Source of the DNA: Macrostomum lignano
Lineage: Eukaryota
Reading direction: 5' to 3'
Length of the DNA stretch: 64,000 nt
NCBI GenBank assembly: GCA_002269645.1
Contig: NIVC01000505.1
Span: 124,001-188,000, forward strand
The notes beneath the pieces were generated by a model. That model saw nothing but the letters and a program-made list of their open reading frames with translations. It was not told the origin of the DNA and made no database searches. Shown in pieces: positions 35,545 to 49,724 of this stretch. The position numbers were made by a program, and so were the translations under genes. Numbering within the stretch: the stretch's first letter is position 1; the number at the start of each line of letters is the position of its first letter.

Positions 35545-35793
35545 CGCGGCGCTCTGATGCGCCAGCGGCCCAGGCTCGATTCCAAGTGCAGTCGCATTAA
35601 TTTGGGGCTAATTTGGAATCTCGGCTTGGCTCTGCTCGTGCAATTAACGGCCTTGAAGGCCAACCCCCAAGGCACAGTGAAGTGTACATGCCGAACGATA
35701 AATAAAGTTAGGGCCGCTGTACACTCCTGTGTGAGTGTGTGCCTGTGCGTATGACTGCGTACGTATCCGCGCGCTTGTGTGCCTGCTCAAGGG
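35545..35793. repeat. Unclassified interspersed repeat, copy 2 (opposite orientation)
   Basis: Reverse complement of 19168-19364 with small insertions. Confidence 0.75.
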
Positions 35794-36649
35794 GGGGGGT
35801 TTCACAAGATCGAAATTTCACAACTTAGAAAACTACTGCATAGTTCTTGTTATATTAAGTTTTCGACGTTGCGAAATTTCGACCTTATGAAGTCTCTTGC
35901 TAAAGTTTTCGGTGTTGTGAAATTTCCACCTTGTGAAGTTTCGACCTTGTGAAAGTGTCTGCCATTTAAGTTTTCGACGTTGTGAATTTTCGACCTTGTG
36001 AAAGCACCCCGCTCAGGGGAGTCTAATCTAAAAAAGTCATCACAGACAAGCGTGTTACGGTACAAGGCCTTCTTGATCTTCACCACAGGACTTACAGTCT
36101 TGACTAAAAAGAGACACTACAAGTACGAGCTATTAACGATATCAAAGCTATTAATAGCTCATTTCTGGTCGAAATTTCAGTTTGGATAAGTTTACCACTT
36201 CGAAAGGGGTATAAGCTTCATTCCTTCGTTATTACTGTCCTAAAAGAAAAACATGGAAACTACGTCAACGCATCGTAAAAACTGTAACACAAAACCACCG
36301 CCAGACCAATCAGCCCATGTGGTGGTGGCGGTACTGCATCTGCAAGCGTTGGAATGAGAATCGCTCGCGGACCATGATGGTTAAAACCCTCGCTAAAAAT
36401 CCCCTTCACCAGTTGCTAAATTCCTATCTCCACTCCCACTAAATGAGAAAAGCAGTTTTTTTATCCCGTGGCCATGGTCGTACACTGCCCGGAAAAACCT
36501 TTCTGCCGGGCGTCCGCACGTCACAGAGGCCCACCCTGACCGGCTCTCTGACCCAATGGATTGATGGGATTTCACATGCAGATGGAAATTTCTGCATTTA
36601 AGCCACAGCAATTCAGTCGCGATTGTTTCTGAAACTGTTTATAATGAGT

Positions 36650-37138
36650 TCCACTGGAGTCTCAAGTTAAACACTGGAGTCTCCTGATAGACACTGGAGT
36701 CTACTGTTAGACACTAGTCTCATGTTAGACAGTCTCATGTTAGACAGAAGAGTCTCATGTTAGACAGAAGAGTCTCATGCTAGACAGAAGAGTCTCATGT
36801 TAGACAGAAGAGTCTCATGCTAGACAGAAGAGTCTCATGTTAGAAAGAAGAGTCTCATGTTAGACAGAAGAGTCTCATGTTAGACAGAAGAGTCTCATGT
36901 TAGACAGAAGAGTCTCATGTTAGACACTGTAGTCTCATGTTAGACAGAAGAGTCTCATGTTAGACAGAAGAGTTTCATGTTAGACAGAAGAGTCTCATGT
37001 TAGACACTGGAGTCTCATGTTAGACAGGAGAGTCTCATGTTAGACACTGGAGTCTCATGTTAGACACTGGAGTCTCATGTTAGACAGAAGAGTCTCATGT
37101 TAGACACTGTAGTCTCATGTTAGACAGAAGAGTCTCAT
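36650..37138. repeat. 20-bp array TTAGACAGAAGAGTCTCATG / TTAGACACTGGAGTCTCATG
   Basis: Same family as 32618-33828. Confidence 0.9.
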
Positions 37139-37904
37139 GCAATGTTAGAGATAATGTAAAGTCTGCACTTTTTGAAAACCCCAGTGACCAAATATCGTTT
37201 ACCAGATCTATCGGAATCTGGAGGTTGATTCGGTGCGGCCTCCCAGCAACCAAGCTGAACAAAATGTTAAGCATGGAGTCATATTTTCTGTTTCCAAGCA
37301 CGATCTGCTAGGAGATTAAATCACCTATTTTATTATTGCACTAAAATTTGCCATTTAATCTCGATTTACAATTTTTTAGCCATTTCAAGCATTGCAGCGA
37401 CTAAAAATGCACTTTTCACATTCCAATGCACCATTTAAAGTCTGATTTTCGGTAACAGCTTCAGGGCAGGACCGCCTTTCTGAAAAGCCCTCTGCAGCTG
37501 CATAACAAATATTTGCGGGTAGTTTATATTACCAGCATGATAATATATCTGACCGAAATTTTCAAAGCACACAAGGACAGAGACAGTCTGAAAACATGGC
37601 TAAATCCAGTATTCACCACAGAGCCTCGTAACTCAGTTGATGTCTTCCGTTTGTATGTTTAGTTTCTCTGTTACATTTTTTCACATTCTATCTTCATGAT
37701 CTATGCTTATACATGCTAGGCTCGCAGTCAGTTTTTGCTTTCCTGGTTACTTTTTGGTTATTAATAATTAATAACTGCATACTTCGATGCGTCCTTTGGT
37801 TGGACTTGTATCGTTTATCGCAACTTTTTATACTACTTTTTCTACTCAAACATAACTGATTCTCTACCATTATTCACTATAATTCTTCACTTCCCACTCT
37901 ACCT

Positions 37905-38330
37905 CTCCCGTTCTCCACTCTACTTCTTCCTTTCGCCACTCTACTTCTTCCTTTCGCCACTCTACTTCTTCCTTTCGCCACTCTACTTCTTCCTTTCGCC
38001 ACTCTACTTCTTCCTTTCGCCACTCTACTTCTTCCTTTCGCCACTCTACTTCTTCCTTTCGCCACTCTACTTCTTCCTTTCGCCACTCTACTTCTTCCTT
38101 TCGCCACTCTACTTCTTCCTTTCGCCACTCTACTTCTTCCTTTCGCCACTCTACTTCTCCCTTTCGCCACTCTACTTCTTCCTTTCGCCACTCTACTTCT
38201 TCCTTTCGCCACTCTACTTCTTCCTTTCGCCACTCTACTTCTTCCTTTCGCCACTCTACTTCTTCCTTTCGCCACTCTACTTCTTCCTTTCGCCACTCTA
38301 CTTCTCCTTTTCGCCACTCTACTTCTCTCT
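37905..38330. repeat. 21-bp minisatellite CACTCTACTTCTTCCTTTCGC
   Basis: About 19 near-identical units. Confidence 0.92.
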
Positions 38331-39284
38331 CTCCTTCGTCACTCTACTTCTCCTTTTCTACTTCTACTACTTCTACTTCTCTCTCCTCACCACTCTACTT
38401 TTCCTTTTCGCCACTCTACTTTTATCTCTTTCTACACTCCACCTCTCCTTCTCCAACCTACATCTAGCCTTCACCACTCTACTTCTCTCCCCTTCTCCAC
38501 TCTACCTCTCTCTCGCATTATCCACTTCTCTGTATTTCTCAACTCTAATTCAATATTTTTTCCTACACAGTTATAAAAAGTACAATTTCAAAATGCTAAT
38601 GATACGCTAAACGCTATACTTTACTATATTCTATCTTAAGACAACATTAGAGAATAAATCAAATTTACTGGAATAGTTAAGTAGATGAGACTGACCAACT
38701 TTATATTTCATCGGTAGAAACACAAAAATCTCTACCGTTAAAAGATGGCAATCGCACCAAGGCCGTAAACAGTCGAACCCCATGAGAAATTTATTTAACA
38801 ACCAAATGTTGCTTAAAAGTGCATTATAGCGAGCTCGAAATGGATCTCTTGCCTTCTGCTATTATGGCGATTATATGAAGTTTTTCAATTTTTTTCTCAG
38901 CGTACAAACTCTATACCAATACGCGACTGTTACGTCTTTAAACCATGGTAAATATTCATAGCGGTCCTTGGTCAAAAAAATTTGATTGGACTTGCTTTTG
39001 TTGTTGGACTTGCAAGACTTGGTTCTCTGCTTGTGTGTGTGGGGTTTATTACACAATATTTTAAGTCATCCGCCGCAGCTGACCCCCCGCTGGTGTACAA
39101 TAAAATATTTTAATGATCAGCAGCTGCCACCCTGTTATAATTGGTGTTTGCTGATAGCAATTAAAATATCTAATAGCTAACATGCGTGCCCATGGCCCAT
39201 GCACTGGGTCGCGCTGCTAAACTGGCTGTATGGTAAATTGGCACAGCTGCGGCAGATGAGATGACAGAGAGACACAGAGAATGA

Positions 39285-39401
<117 letters not shown>

Positions 39402-39484
39402 GGGAGAGTGAGAACCAGCAAGATTGGGATATACGAGAATAATTATAGTGAACAGTAAGCAGCAGAAATGTAAAATACAGTACG

Positions 39485-41425
39485 CGTTAACAGCCAGTGG
39501 GATAACAGACAGTGGGATAACAGGGAGTTAACAGACAGGGAGACAACAGACAGTGAGACAACAGACACTGAGTTAACAGACAGGGAGACAACAGACAGTG
39601 AGACAACAGACACTGAGTTAACAGACAGGGAGACAACAGACAGGGAAATAACAGACAGGGAGATAACAGATAGGGAAATAACAGACAGGGAGATAACAGA
39701 CACTGAGTTAACAGACAGGGAGACAACAGACACTGAGATAACAGACAGGGAGACAACAGACAGTGAGACAACAGACAGAGAGACAACAGACAGGGAAATA
39801 ACAGACAGGGAGATAACAGACAGGGAAATAACAGACAGAGAGATAACAGATAGGGAAATAACAGACACTGAGTTAACAGACAGGGAGACAACAGACACTG
39901 AGATAACAGACAGGGAGACAACAGACAGTGAGACAACAGACAGTGAGACAACAGACAGGGAAATAACAGACAGGGAGATAACAGATAGGGAAATAACAGA
40001 CAGGGAGATAACAGATAGGGAAATAACAGACACTGAGTTAAAAGACACGGAGATAACAGACACTGAGTTAACAGACAGGGAGACAACAGACACGGAGATA
40101 ACAGACACTGAGTTAACAGACAGGGAGATAACAGACAGGGAGATAACAGACAGGGAAATAACAGACAGGGAGACAACAGACACTGAGATAACAGACAGGG
40201 AGACAACAGACAGTGAGACAACAGACAGAGAGACAACAGACAGGGAAATAACAGACAGGGAGACAACAGACACTGAGATAACAGACAGGGAGACAACAGA
40301 CAGTGAGACAACAGACAGAGAGACAACAGACAGGGAAATAACAGACAGGGAGATAACAGACAGGGAAATAACAGACAGAGAGATAACAGATAGGGAAATA
40401 ACAGACACTGAGTTAACAGACAGGGAGACAACAGACACTGAGATAACAGACAGGGAGACAACAGACAGTGAGACAACAGACAGTGAGACAACAGACAGGG
40501 AAATAACAGACAGGGAGATAACAGATAGGGAAATAACAGACAGGGAGATAACAGATAGGGAAATAACAGACACTGAGTTAAAAGACACGGAGATAACAGA
40601 CACTGAGTTAACAGACAGGGAGACAACAGACACGGAGATAACAGACACTGAGTTAACAGACAGGGAGATAACAGACAGGGAGATAACAGACAGGGAAATA
40701 ACAGACAGGGAGACAACAGACACTGAGATAACAGACAGGGAGACAACAGACAGTGAGACAACAGACAGAGAGACAACAGACAGGGAAATAACAGACAGGG
40801 AGACAACAGACACTGAGATAACAGACAGGGAGACAACAGACAGTGAGACAACAGACAGTGAGACAACAGACAGGGAAATAACAGACAGGGAGATAACAGA
40901 CAGGGAAATAACAGACACTGAGTTAAAAGACACGGAGATAACAGACACTGAGTTAAAAGACACGGAGATAACAGACACTGAGTTAACAGACAGGGAGACA
41001 ACAGACACGGAGATAACAGACACTGAGTTAACAGACAGGGAGACAACAGACACGGAGATAACAGACACTGAGTTAACAGACAGGGAGACAACAGACACGG
41101 AGATAACAGACACTGAGTTAACAGACAGGGAGATAACAGACAGGGAAATAACAGACAGTGAGACAACAGACAGGGAAATAACAGACAGGGAGACAACAGA
41201 CACGGAGATAACAGACACTGAGTTAACAGACAGGGAGACAACAGACACGGAGATAACAGACACTGAGTTAACAGACAGGGAGATAACAGACAGGGAAATA
41301 ACAGACAGTGAGACAACAGACAGGGAAATAACAGACAGGGAGATAACAGATAGGGAAATAACAGACACTGAGTTAACAGACAGGGAGATAACAGACACTG
41401 AGCTAACAGACAGGGAGATGACAGG
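39485..41425. repeat. 15-bp minisatellite ACAGACAGGGAGATA family, about 1.9 kb
   Basis: Variant units with a 540-bp higher-order duplication. Confidence 0.92.
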
Positions 41426-41555
41426 CATTGAAATAACAGAGGGTGATCGAGTTCTGCTTGGACAACAAGTTAAAAGCCGAAAAATCTTGTCGACAACAAA
41501 CCTCCGAAACTGAGAATGAAAAGAACCCCCGAAAATAAATGGAATAATAACTCAC

Positions 41556-42060
41556 TTCTCTGCTGAGTACCGGATAAACTACTCAGCAATCGGTGCACTA
41601 CAGCGAGATCGTTTCTCTGCACAGCGGAGATCAGATCTCGGATAGGATCGGCACTGGCTGCCAGCTGAGGACACGGCGGTTTCTGTTGCTGTTGCTGATG
41701 CTGATGTCGCAAAGTTGCTGCCGAACCGGCAACATTCGAGGCGGCCATTGCGCTGATACCCGACGAAAGCGACACGCCGCGTCTGAGACCCGCAGAGGAT
41801 GAAGCGTCGCTAGTGGAAACTGGCTGATTGGTTGCTGGATGCTGCTTGGGAGCGTGGGCGAATGTTCTAACTTGACTCGACGGGTCAGTCGGGTTCCAGT
41901 AAGGCGGCGCTGTCGGCGGCGGCGGTTGCGTCGACGGCTGTTTCTGAGGCTGAGCGGCAGCGTCTGACTGCTGCCGTTGCTGCTGGTGAGGCAGAGTCGG
42001 ACATCTCAGCTGAGCTCTGTCCGACGATGCAGAGCGTCTCAGACGGTAAAGCAGTGGCAT
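41556..42060 (-). CDS. CASKIN: Caskin orthologue, coding exon 1 (Gln/Pro-rich N-terminus + start of ankyrin region)
   Basis: ATG at 42060. Ends ...DPIRDLISAVQRNDLAVVHRLL, similar to the Caskin N-terminus ELVQAVKAEDVGTAQRLL. Donor GTGAGT at 41555-41550; phase 1 matches the next exon. Confidence 0.8.
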
Positions 42061-42136
42061 ACGCGCAATAATTGTCTATTTCGGTAGCCTTGTAGTTTTG
42101 CGTCCAACTGTGGACAAGAGCAGCGGAGGCCGGCAG

Positions 42137-42206
42137 ATATATTATACACAGCTGGGCGTATCGTTCTTAGCCAATCGCGTCAGTATTGGAGGCCGGCATG
42201 CATTGG
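42137..42206 (-). promoter_or_regulatory. Possible Caskin core promoter (TATA-like + CCAAT boxes)
   Basis: Minus-strand TATAATATAT at 42146-42137 and CCAAT at 42189-42185 and 42206-42202, about 80-140 nt upstream of the ATG at 42060. Motif match only. Confidence 0.3.
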
Positions 42207-43262
42207 AACCAGCGACCGCCTAGGGAGACTTGTACGTGTAGACAGAGAAAGTTGAGACTTGGGGAGGGTGGTCAGGAGGGAGGGAGCGGTCGGGGGGAAC
42301 AGAAATGCAATTTTGGGAAACGCCGGTTCCTCAGAGGCATTCGCGGGGGGTATCGCTTCTTCTATCCTTGCCCTGCCCTCAATTATCTTTCACCTTTTCA
42401 AGACAGAAAAAAGGTGTGCCGTGCTGAGGGGGGCATTGAACGGGCGCACACGTATAGAGAGAATGAAGACAAAAACTTTGCCGGCTTGTAGCACCTGGCT
42501 TACCTGCCTTAATCTCGACAATGATTAATAATTGCCAGGCTAAAAGCAAGAAGCTGGCTTCACTGCTGCGAACCGTAATACCGCGTGAATCACGCCACCA
42601 CCGCGATTCAAGTTCGGGGTTAGGGTCTGGGCCGATCGAATACACAGGGGTGCAGGTCGGTGCAAGTCATCGGTTAGTATTTGAAGCTGAATAAGATATG
42701 ATACAATTAGATGGTGAATCATCAGATCTCGATTCCCAGGGTTTAATCACGCCATCATCGAGGCTTTATCATAACTAGGATAAAGATTCTGGTGGATAAC
42801 GCGCTGCCATCTACTAAACCTGGTGGAAACACAGAAAAAGAAAAAGTACTCTGTATTCTTAGATTCTTGGTAACTAGTAGAATGCAGTGCATCAAATCGA
42901 GTTTTGAGAGATATTGACAACCTTGGAGTCGAGAAATACTCTTCTGAAAGCATGCATACACCCCGATTCCAGTGGGTCAACAAATGGAAGCGTTACGACT
43001 CTCTAGCCATAACTCTCCACTCTCTCCTCCCCAGCCTAAGCCAGGGTCTTGTGGCGCAAATTGCGTGACCCAAAGTTGAGACAAGAACCGAAAGCCATGT
43101 GTAAATTGCTTAACTTAAGGCTGGGTTCTGACTCTGAGAATTAAAGTTGACCACTGGTTTCGAGTTTGTACAATTTCACTCCGCTAACAAAGTCGACAAA
43201 CCTGAATCGAAGTCGATGAGCTGTACCGGTAGACAGCTTCGTGTGATTACCATAATAACATC

Positions 43263-43465
43263 GGGCTTCGATTCCCGATCCCACTGGAACAATTTGTGTC
43301 CTTGAGCAAGACAATTAACTCTGCGTTGCTTTAGTTCATTCAGCTGTAAAATGGGTGCCAGCATTAGCTGGGGTAATTGAGGATGTGTGTGACGACCCCC
43401 CCCCCCCCCAGTCCTTGGACTGAATAGCTGCGGCTGAGCTGTCGGTTGCACATCTGCCTATTAGG
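43263..43465 (+). mobile_element. CORE-type SINE, copy B (5' truncated, internal deletion)
   Basis: TTCGATTCC B box remnant, core GTGTCCTTGAGCAAGACA...CAGCTGTAAAATGGG, same 3' tail as copy D. Confidence 0.8.
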
Positions 43466-45406
43466 TCAGGTGTAATCAAATTTTGTAATAAAAGAAACTG
43501 AAAATGATAAAATAAAGGTTTGGATCTTCGTATGGTTATATCACCAACTGACCAACTTTGTCGGCCAAAGTGAAACAGCCAGCAGTGCAGTTCCAAAACT
43601 ACGAATATAGAGCGCATGTGTACATGTCAGCTGAGAAGCTTTAGATCAGACACGAGGGACAAGCTTAAACCGAAATTAATTATAGATGTTTAGAATAGAA
43701 AAAATGCATTTCTATAGCACTGTCTGATTGGCAAAAAGCAATCAATCACTTTCCATAGCGGTGACAGCTGCTGCAGGATTTGGATTAGGCTAATTCTTCA
43801 TATTTGTACGCGTACATGCCAACTGTATAACACAGTTAGTCGGAATCCACTCTCTCGCCTAAAAGTGTTGGGAAGTTGAATTGCTTTGAGACAAACACGC
43901 GCTTGCCAGCAGTATAGTGTCGCTCAGCTCAAATCGACCCGTGCAATGGAAAGTGAGCTGAACATTCTACAAAAGCCCGCACATTACAGTAGCTAGAGAC
44001 ACATACGAGCTAAGCGCATACATAGAGTCTTTTGGATAGAAAGGGCGACAAGGTCGCTTGAAACTGGCTTGTGACTGACTGCAATGTCCAGCCAGTCAGA
44101 GTTCAATATACAGTAAGCATGCGTCATGGTTGAAGCTTTTTTTTAACAAAAAACACACTTTTTTCCTAGCCCAATTTACTCAAGCTCATATGATTCATAA
44201 TTCTCTCCTCAAGTCTCAATCGCCCTCTCGCCCTACCCACCTTCATTCTATGCTTACTCCGTCTCTACATGTAAGCCAGCCACCCCCTCCAATTTCCCTG
44301 TCTCTTCCCACTTTTCCCCCAGCCCCCACCCGGACAACATACAGTTTTCCGCACTGCTACACTGCATTGGCCAACCCCATTAGGCTTACCCCATCGCCCC
44401 CTTCACACGTGCATTTACTAATTCTTTACCTGCTCTGAGCAGCACAACAAAAGAGAGACTTGTGCTTCTCTGTTAGATTTGCTAGCTAAAGAGGAAGGAG
44501 AAAGAAAGAAGTGTATAGTCATAGTCAGCATTGACTCCGCCCATGCTTATTATAAGCCACACGTAATGAGCATGTACGGCATACGGCATAGTTGCCCCTA
44601 TGCAGTTAGGAAGCATGTTTCAGCCAGCTATGAGAAAACTAAAGTGCCAGGATAATTTTAGCTAGTTCCATCACATCACGTTTGACTCCGACGACTGATG
44701 CTGACAAAAAAATCGTCCAGACTGACACTTCAACTCAACTCCATTCTCACTCTGCTCATGTTTAACCAGCCTCTTCAGCAGCATCAGCCACTTCTGCACT
44801 TTATTAACCCTAGCAAGCCAGTGCAAGTAACGATTCAGCAAAAGTGCTCTATAGTGCTTTAACTCAAGGCCAGACTACTAGGGTGGACAATGGAACTGTG
44901 TGGTACATGAATAACTACCAATTAGCTACCAATTGTTGCATGACTATTTTTGACAAGCAGAAGACTCTAACAAAAGGAGAAGGCAGTTCTTTTCTTTTTA
45001 AAACAAGAAAACTCTCTTAACAAGCGCTTTCTTAGAAATATGCTTCACTAGTTAGTGAGTAGCTATTCTTGGCAAAGCAGTTTCAGTAGAAGCACTTTGT
45101 TGAGTCTTGAATGAGCAAACTAGTGGCTATGCATTTAGTCTTACCCTTCATTAACTTACGCGTCTCAATCCTCTCTATTGTATTTTATTTTTTTAGGCAA
45201 TTAAAATTAATTTTCATCTATCAACTGCAGATGATGTAACTGTTGCTTGTTTAAATAATTTTCTGTCATTTACCTGTGAACATTGTCGCCTTGATACAGT
45301 TTACATGCATTATATAGAATATCAAGGTCACAACAAACCTACTTTTCTGTAGAAACTACTGGTTTGTGAACTGAATTACTTAATTAATTAATTGGCTTAT
45401 GCATGC

Positions 45407-45675
45407 CCTAATGGCCAGATGTGCAACCGACAGCTCAGCCGCAGCTATTGCGCGGCGCATCTGAAGGCTGCGTACGGCTGTTCAGTCCAAGGACTGCGGG
45501 GTCGCCACACACATCCTCAATTACCCCAGCTAATGCTGGCACCCATTTTACAGCTGAATGAACAGAAGCAATGCAGAGTTATGTGTCTTGCTGAAGGACA
45601 CAAATTGTTCCAGCGGGATCGGGAATCGAACCCCTGAACTTCAGTCATAAGTGCGACGCTCTAACCACTAGGCTA
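45407..45675 (-). mobile_element. CORE-type SINE, copy C (near full length)
   Basis: Minus strand: TAGCCTAGTGGTTAGAG A box, GGTTCGATTCC B box, core and tail. Confidence 0.85.
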
Positions 45676-46363
45676 CATCTCTGCTGAATGAGCTTCTTGA
45701 GTTAATCGGTGGATTGGTCGAATACACTTCCCGACTAATCCAGCTAATTAAACCATCTGATAACATTTTGACCTTTGTACCTAATTATCGATTTTCTCTT
45801 GCTCCTAAACTCATTTGACCTGTCATATAATTCCCTGTAATTTTTCACAACCAACTGTTTTGACTCCCTAATAACCAAACTCTTTCTAACATCGCTAATA
45901 AATTATGCCAAATATATATACGGCTCAATTCTCTCTCTCCTCAGTTAACCCCAGTAAGAAAGACTAGCTAACCACGCTCATATACAAAACAGAACGATAC
46001 AGTTGAATGCAGCATTGCAATCACCCAGTGATGAGTTAACTAATTATCATTTCTTCCCCCATTCTCAATGTAGCTATAATGATGGCTGAGAGGCCTGGCT
46101 CTATAATTATATGTGTACTTTCAACAGTGCGTATCACTGCGACTTGGCTTGAATAAATTAATAACAGTCTATTTTAGCACACCTAATCTTGGTTGGAAAA
46201 CCGAAAGATGCTCGTTGATTGAGTTGACTGAATATGGAATATTGTCAACGAAGTCAAGGTGATTTTATATCGCTCTTCTTATCAACCAATACGTAGCATT
46301 TATCTAGTTGAAAAGAATGTAATTAAATGGCTAGATAAAGACTGAGAGATAGATTGACAGGCG

Positions 46364-46364
<1 letters not shown>

Positions 46365-46437
<73 letters not shown>

Positions 46438-46446
46438 AAGACAGGC

Positions 46447-46537
<91 letters not shown>

Positions 46538-46540
46538 GAC
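46365..46540. repeat. (GACA)n microsatellite
   Basis: Directly visible. Confidence 0.95.
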
Positions 46541-48399
46541 GATATGTATAGAAAATGGAGATCAGAATCAGATTCAATAGACGCGCTGTCCTCAAAGCAA
46601 GAAGAAGTGGTGCAAACTGAATCACAAAAGGCCCGGCTTTGCACTCTGCTTGCTGGGGATTTTAGGGATTTTAGGGATGGCGGCAAGTTTCATTTGATGA
46701 TCGGACTGGCTTGGCAGGAAATCAACACACAGCGACGATATCGCTACCCAAATGCGACACTCTCCACTGCTGAAGTGGATTCTCAGGCCTGACCCAGAGA
46801 GCCCAGCGCTCAAGTGGCAACTGGACGCGAAGAATTTGAGCAGGGAAGAGAGAGGCAGGCGGAGAATGAGAAAAGACAGCCGAGGATCCCAAATTCAGGG
46901 CATGAGGGGGCGGATTCGTTATGTTCAAGGAGTTAAGGAAGTAAGGTCGCGAGACGGGACCCCTGATTGAAGCCTCCCATAAGTTTTTTCTCTCTCTCTC
47001 TCTTCATTTCTCGTTGACCCTCTCCTCGCTTGGGCGTGGTTGGCAGAGCAGCTTATGTGACCGACGAGTCACCGTTCAACGATCCAATATTGCGCTCACT
47101 CCACTTCTAATGATGAGGTCGCATGCAGTGGCTTACTATTATTACTATTACTATTATTATTATTAAGACCTGCCCACTCTAAAAAAATTCCTGACGCAGT
47201 CTGTCCAGCCCGCTTCCCCGGATGTGGGCGAGGCTCTCGCTCTGTAACGGTCAGCCTATAACTAACTGTGATTCGCCATGCTATAAGAGGAAGACTTCCC
47301 TTCTCTCCCGGGACGCGGCTGCACGTTGCGGATCTCGTGATGGGCATTCATTAGCAACCGGGGACTGAGTGACAGACAGAGAGACAGCTTACTGATTTGA
47401 GCGGGGACGAACAAAATGACAGGACCCATGTGGATGTTGAGAAAGCATCTGTATCGCCACCTCTGACAAACTGCTAGAGCAACTGAACAGATTCGGTGGG
47501 TTGCTACGATAAGTTGAGATGCTCAGGTGTCAGCGGACCGGAATGCCATTTCCCCCGAATCTCTCATTTTTAAACTTTAAAACATTTTTCACCTATCAAA
47601 TTAAACTTATGAATATAATCAAGCCGCATCTTGCAGTGTACCGATAAATATGGAAAACAAAATAACACCATCTATTGATTATATATTCGTCATCGAATCA
47701 ATGAGATCTGTATAGGATAGAAAAAGCACTACCTGCAGATTAGTCATCCAGCCGTCATCAGATGGGGCATTGCAGACACGCTGTGTGTGGCTTTAGTGGA
47801 AAAATATTGATAGCCAAGCTAAGATAAAGGAGAAGCGAGGGAGGCGACGGAAGGGTAGACAGACAGACGGACAGACAGTAGTATCCTTGGAATCCCAAAT
47901 CTGATCAAGATGGAGATTCAGTTTCCTCTACCTGCCCATCTCGAGAGGGGGGTGACCCATCATCTATCCCTCCGCCTCAAAGCGAATGCCTTCAAAGTTA
48001 TTTCTAGATAGATGGATATTTACCTAATACTGTATTACATAAGGCTTCCGGATGCGACTTTAACTGCATCGATATTATAAAAATAACACAGCATTTTACA
48101 CACTAGCTCGTATATACAATTTTTTTTATTTTTCTATACTAAAATTGTAAGCAGGATATACAACGCTAACTATATTTTTTAAAATGCTGATAAATGGACA
48201 AGATTTAATCACTGCTACTACTACTGATGACTTTTTAGTGTGAAGGGAAAGTCAATACAGAAAAAATATCTTCTTTAATCAATAATGTTTTTCAGAATAG
48301 TGAAAAAGTTAAGAATGAAGGGCTAGTGTGTGGGAAGTAAGGGGGCTGGGAGGTAGATAAATGATGGATAGTTAAAGAGAGGGAGGAAGAGAGGGAGAC

Positions 48400-49000
48400 A
48401 AAGAAGGTGAAGGAGAGAGAGAGAGAAAAAGGACGGGAGAGAAAGTAAGAGAGACGGGAAGATAGAGAGCGGAGAAGAGGGAGGGGAGAAGTGGAAAGGG
48501 GAGAGGGAGAAAGAGAGGGGTGAGGGAGAAGTAGAGAGGGAGAGGGAGAAGTGGAGAGGGAGAAGTGGAGAGGGAGAAGTGGAGAGGGAGAAGTGGAGAG
48601 GGAGAAGTGGAGAGGGAGAAGTGGAGAGGGAGAAGTGGAGAGGGAGAAGTGGAGGGGAGTGGGAGAAGGGGAGAGGGGAGAGGGAGAAGTGGAGAGGGGA
48701 GAGGGAGAAGTGGAGAGGGAGAAGTGGAGGGGAATGGGAGAAGGGGAGAGGGGAGAGGGAGAAGTGGAGAGGGGAGAGGGAGTAAGAGAGGGGAGAGAAA
48801 GAGAGGGGAGAGGCAGAAGTGGAGAGGGAGAGAGAGAAGGGGGAGGGAAAGAGAGAGAAGGGGAGAGTGAAATGGGAGAAGTGGAGAGGGGAGAGGGAGA
48901 AGTGGAGAGGGATGAGGGAGAAGTGGAGAGGGATGAGGGAGAAGTGGAGAGGGGAGGAGTGAAGAGGGAGAGGGGGAGAGAGAAGGGTACAGGGGAGACA
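48400..49000. repeat. GA-rich low-complexity / GGAGAGGGAGAAGT repeat
   Basis: Directly visible polypurine stretch. Confidence 0.9.
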
Positions 49001-49724
49001 CGCAGAGCCAGATGAGGAATAAGAAATGCCGCACAAGACATGCATTATATATTTCAACAATTGGCATGCTGCCAGAAAAACGCGCAAGCCGAATCGACTC
49101 CTAAGAGCGGAGAGTCGCAATGAGACTTCTCTCAGCCGAAATAGAAGCCAGCTCACTAATTAGAAATCAAAGATCCCGAGGGTGACAGGGTGGAGGGGGT
49201 TGGAGAGTTAGAATCTGAGCAGCCAGGACTCAACACTGCGGAACTGCAGAACAGACTGCTCTGCTAAAAATTTGCATACTAAGAGGCTCAGCCAGTCAAG
49301 ACAGATCAGGAGAAAAAAGAAATGGAAACTGTGGGGACGAACAAGCAAGTGGCAGAGAGATAGAAAATTCAACTATAAAAGCTGGATTGTGTCGGCTTGT
49401 GCAGCAAATGATAATGTCTTGCCAAGATATTAGGGAGATAAGTTTACTTGGCACTATGGCGGTCTCAAAGTCAAGTTGAAATATTTGGCTAATACACTGA
49501 CTGTACTATTAAGAGATAGCTAGTGACACTAAAAAAATCCTATGGGGATTAAAGTGTCCTCAGAATTTCTTCCTGCAGAATAATAAAAGTCAGTTTGGAT
49601 TTAAACAAAATTAGCCGTTTAGCTAGTGCAATAAAATCGATGTTAAAAATCGTTTTAGAAGATTAAATTTTCAATCTCTCTTCGGAAAGTATTAAGATCG
49701 AAACTTACGTTTATTAGATAGATC

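Noticed and set aside
39185-39250. Extra Caskin exon next to the (GA)n tract (CCGCAG acceptor-like site)
   Set aside because: Exons 1 and 2 already join in phase with Caskin-like sequence; the peptide has no ankyrin similarity and the donor is weak.
39443-41428. Long ORFs of 661 and 609 aa (similarly 25094-25942, 33371-33829, 37877-38317, 48292-49156, 54816-55621, 55854-56891)
   Set aside because: They are translations of stop-free mini/microsatellite units whose length is a multiple of 3 or that lack stops; no domain content.
46544-46970. Short plus-strand ORFs after the GACA tract
   Set aside because: Under 85 aa, no domain motif and no consistent splice chain.
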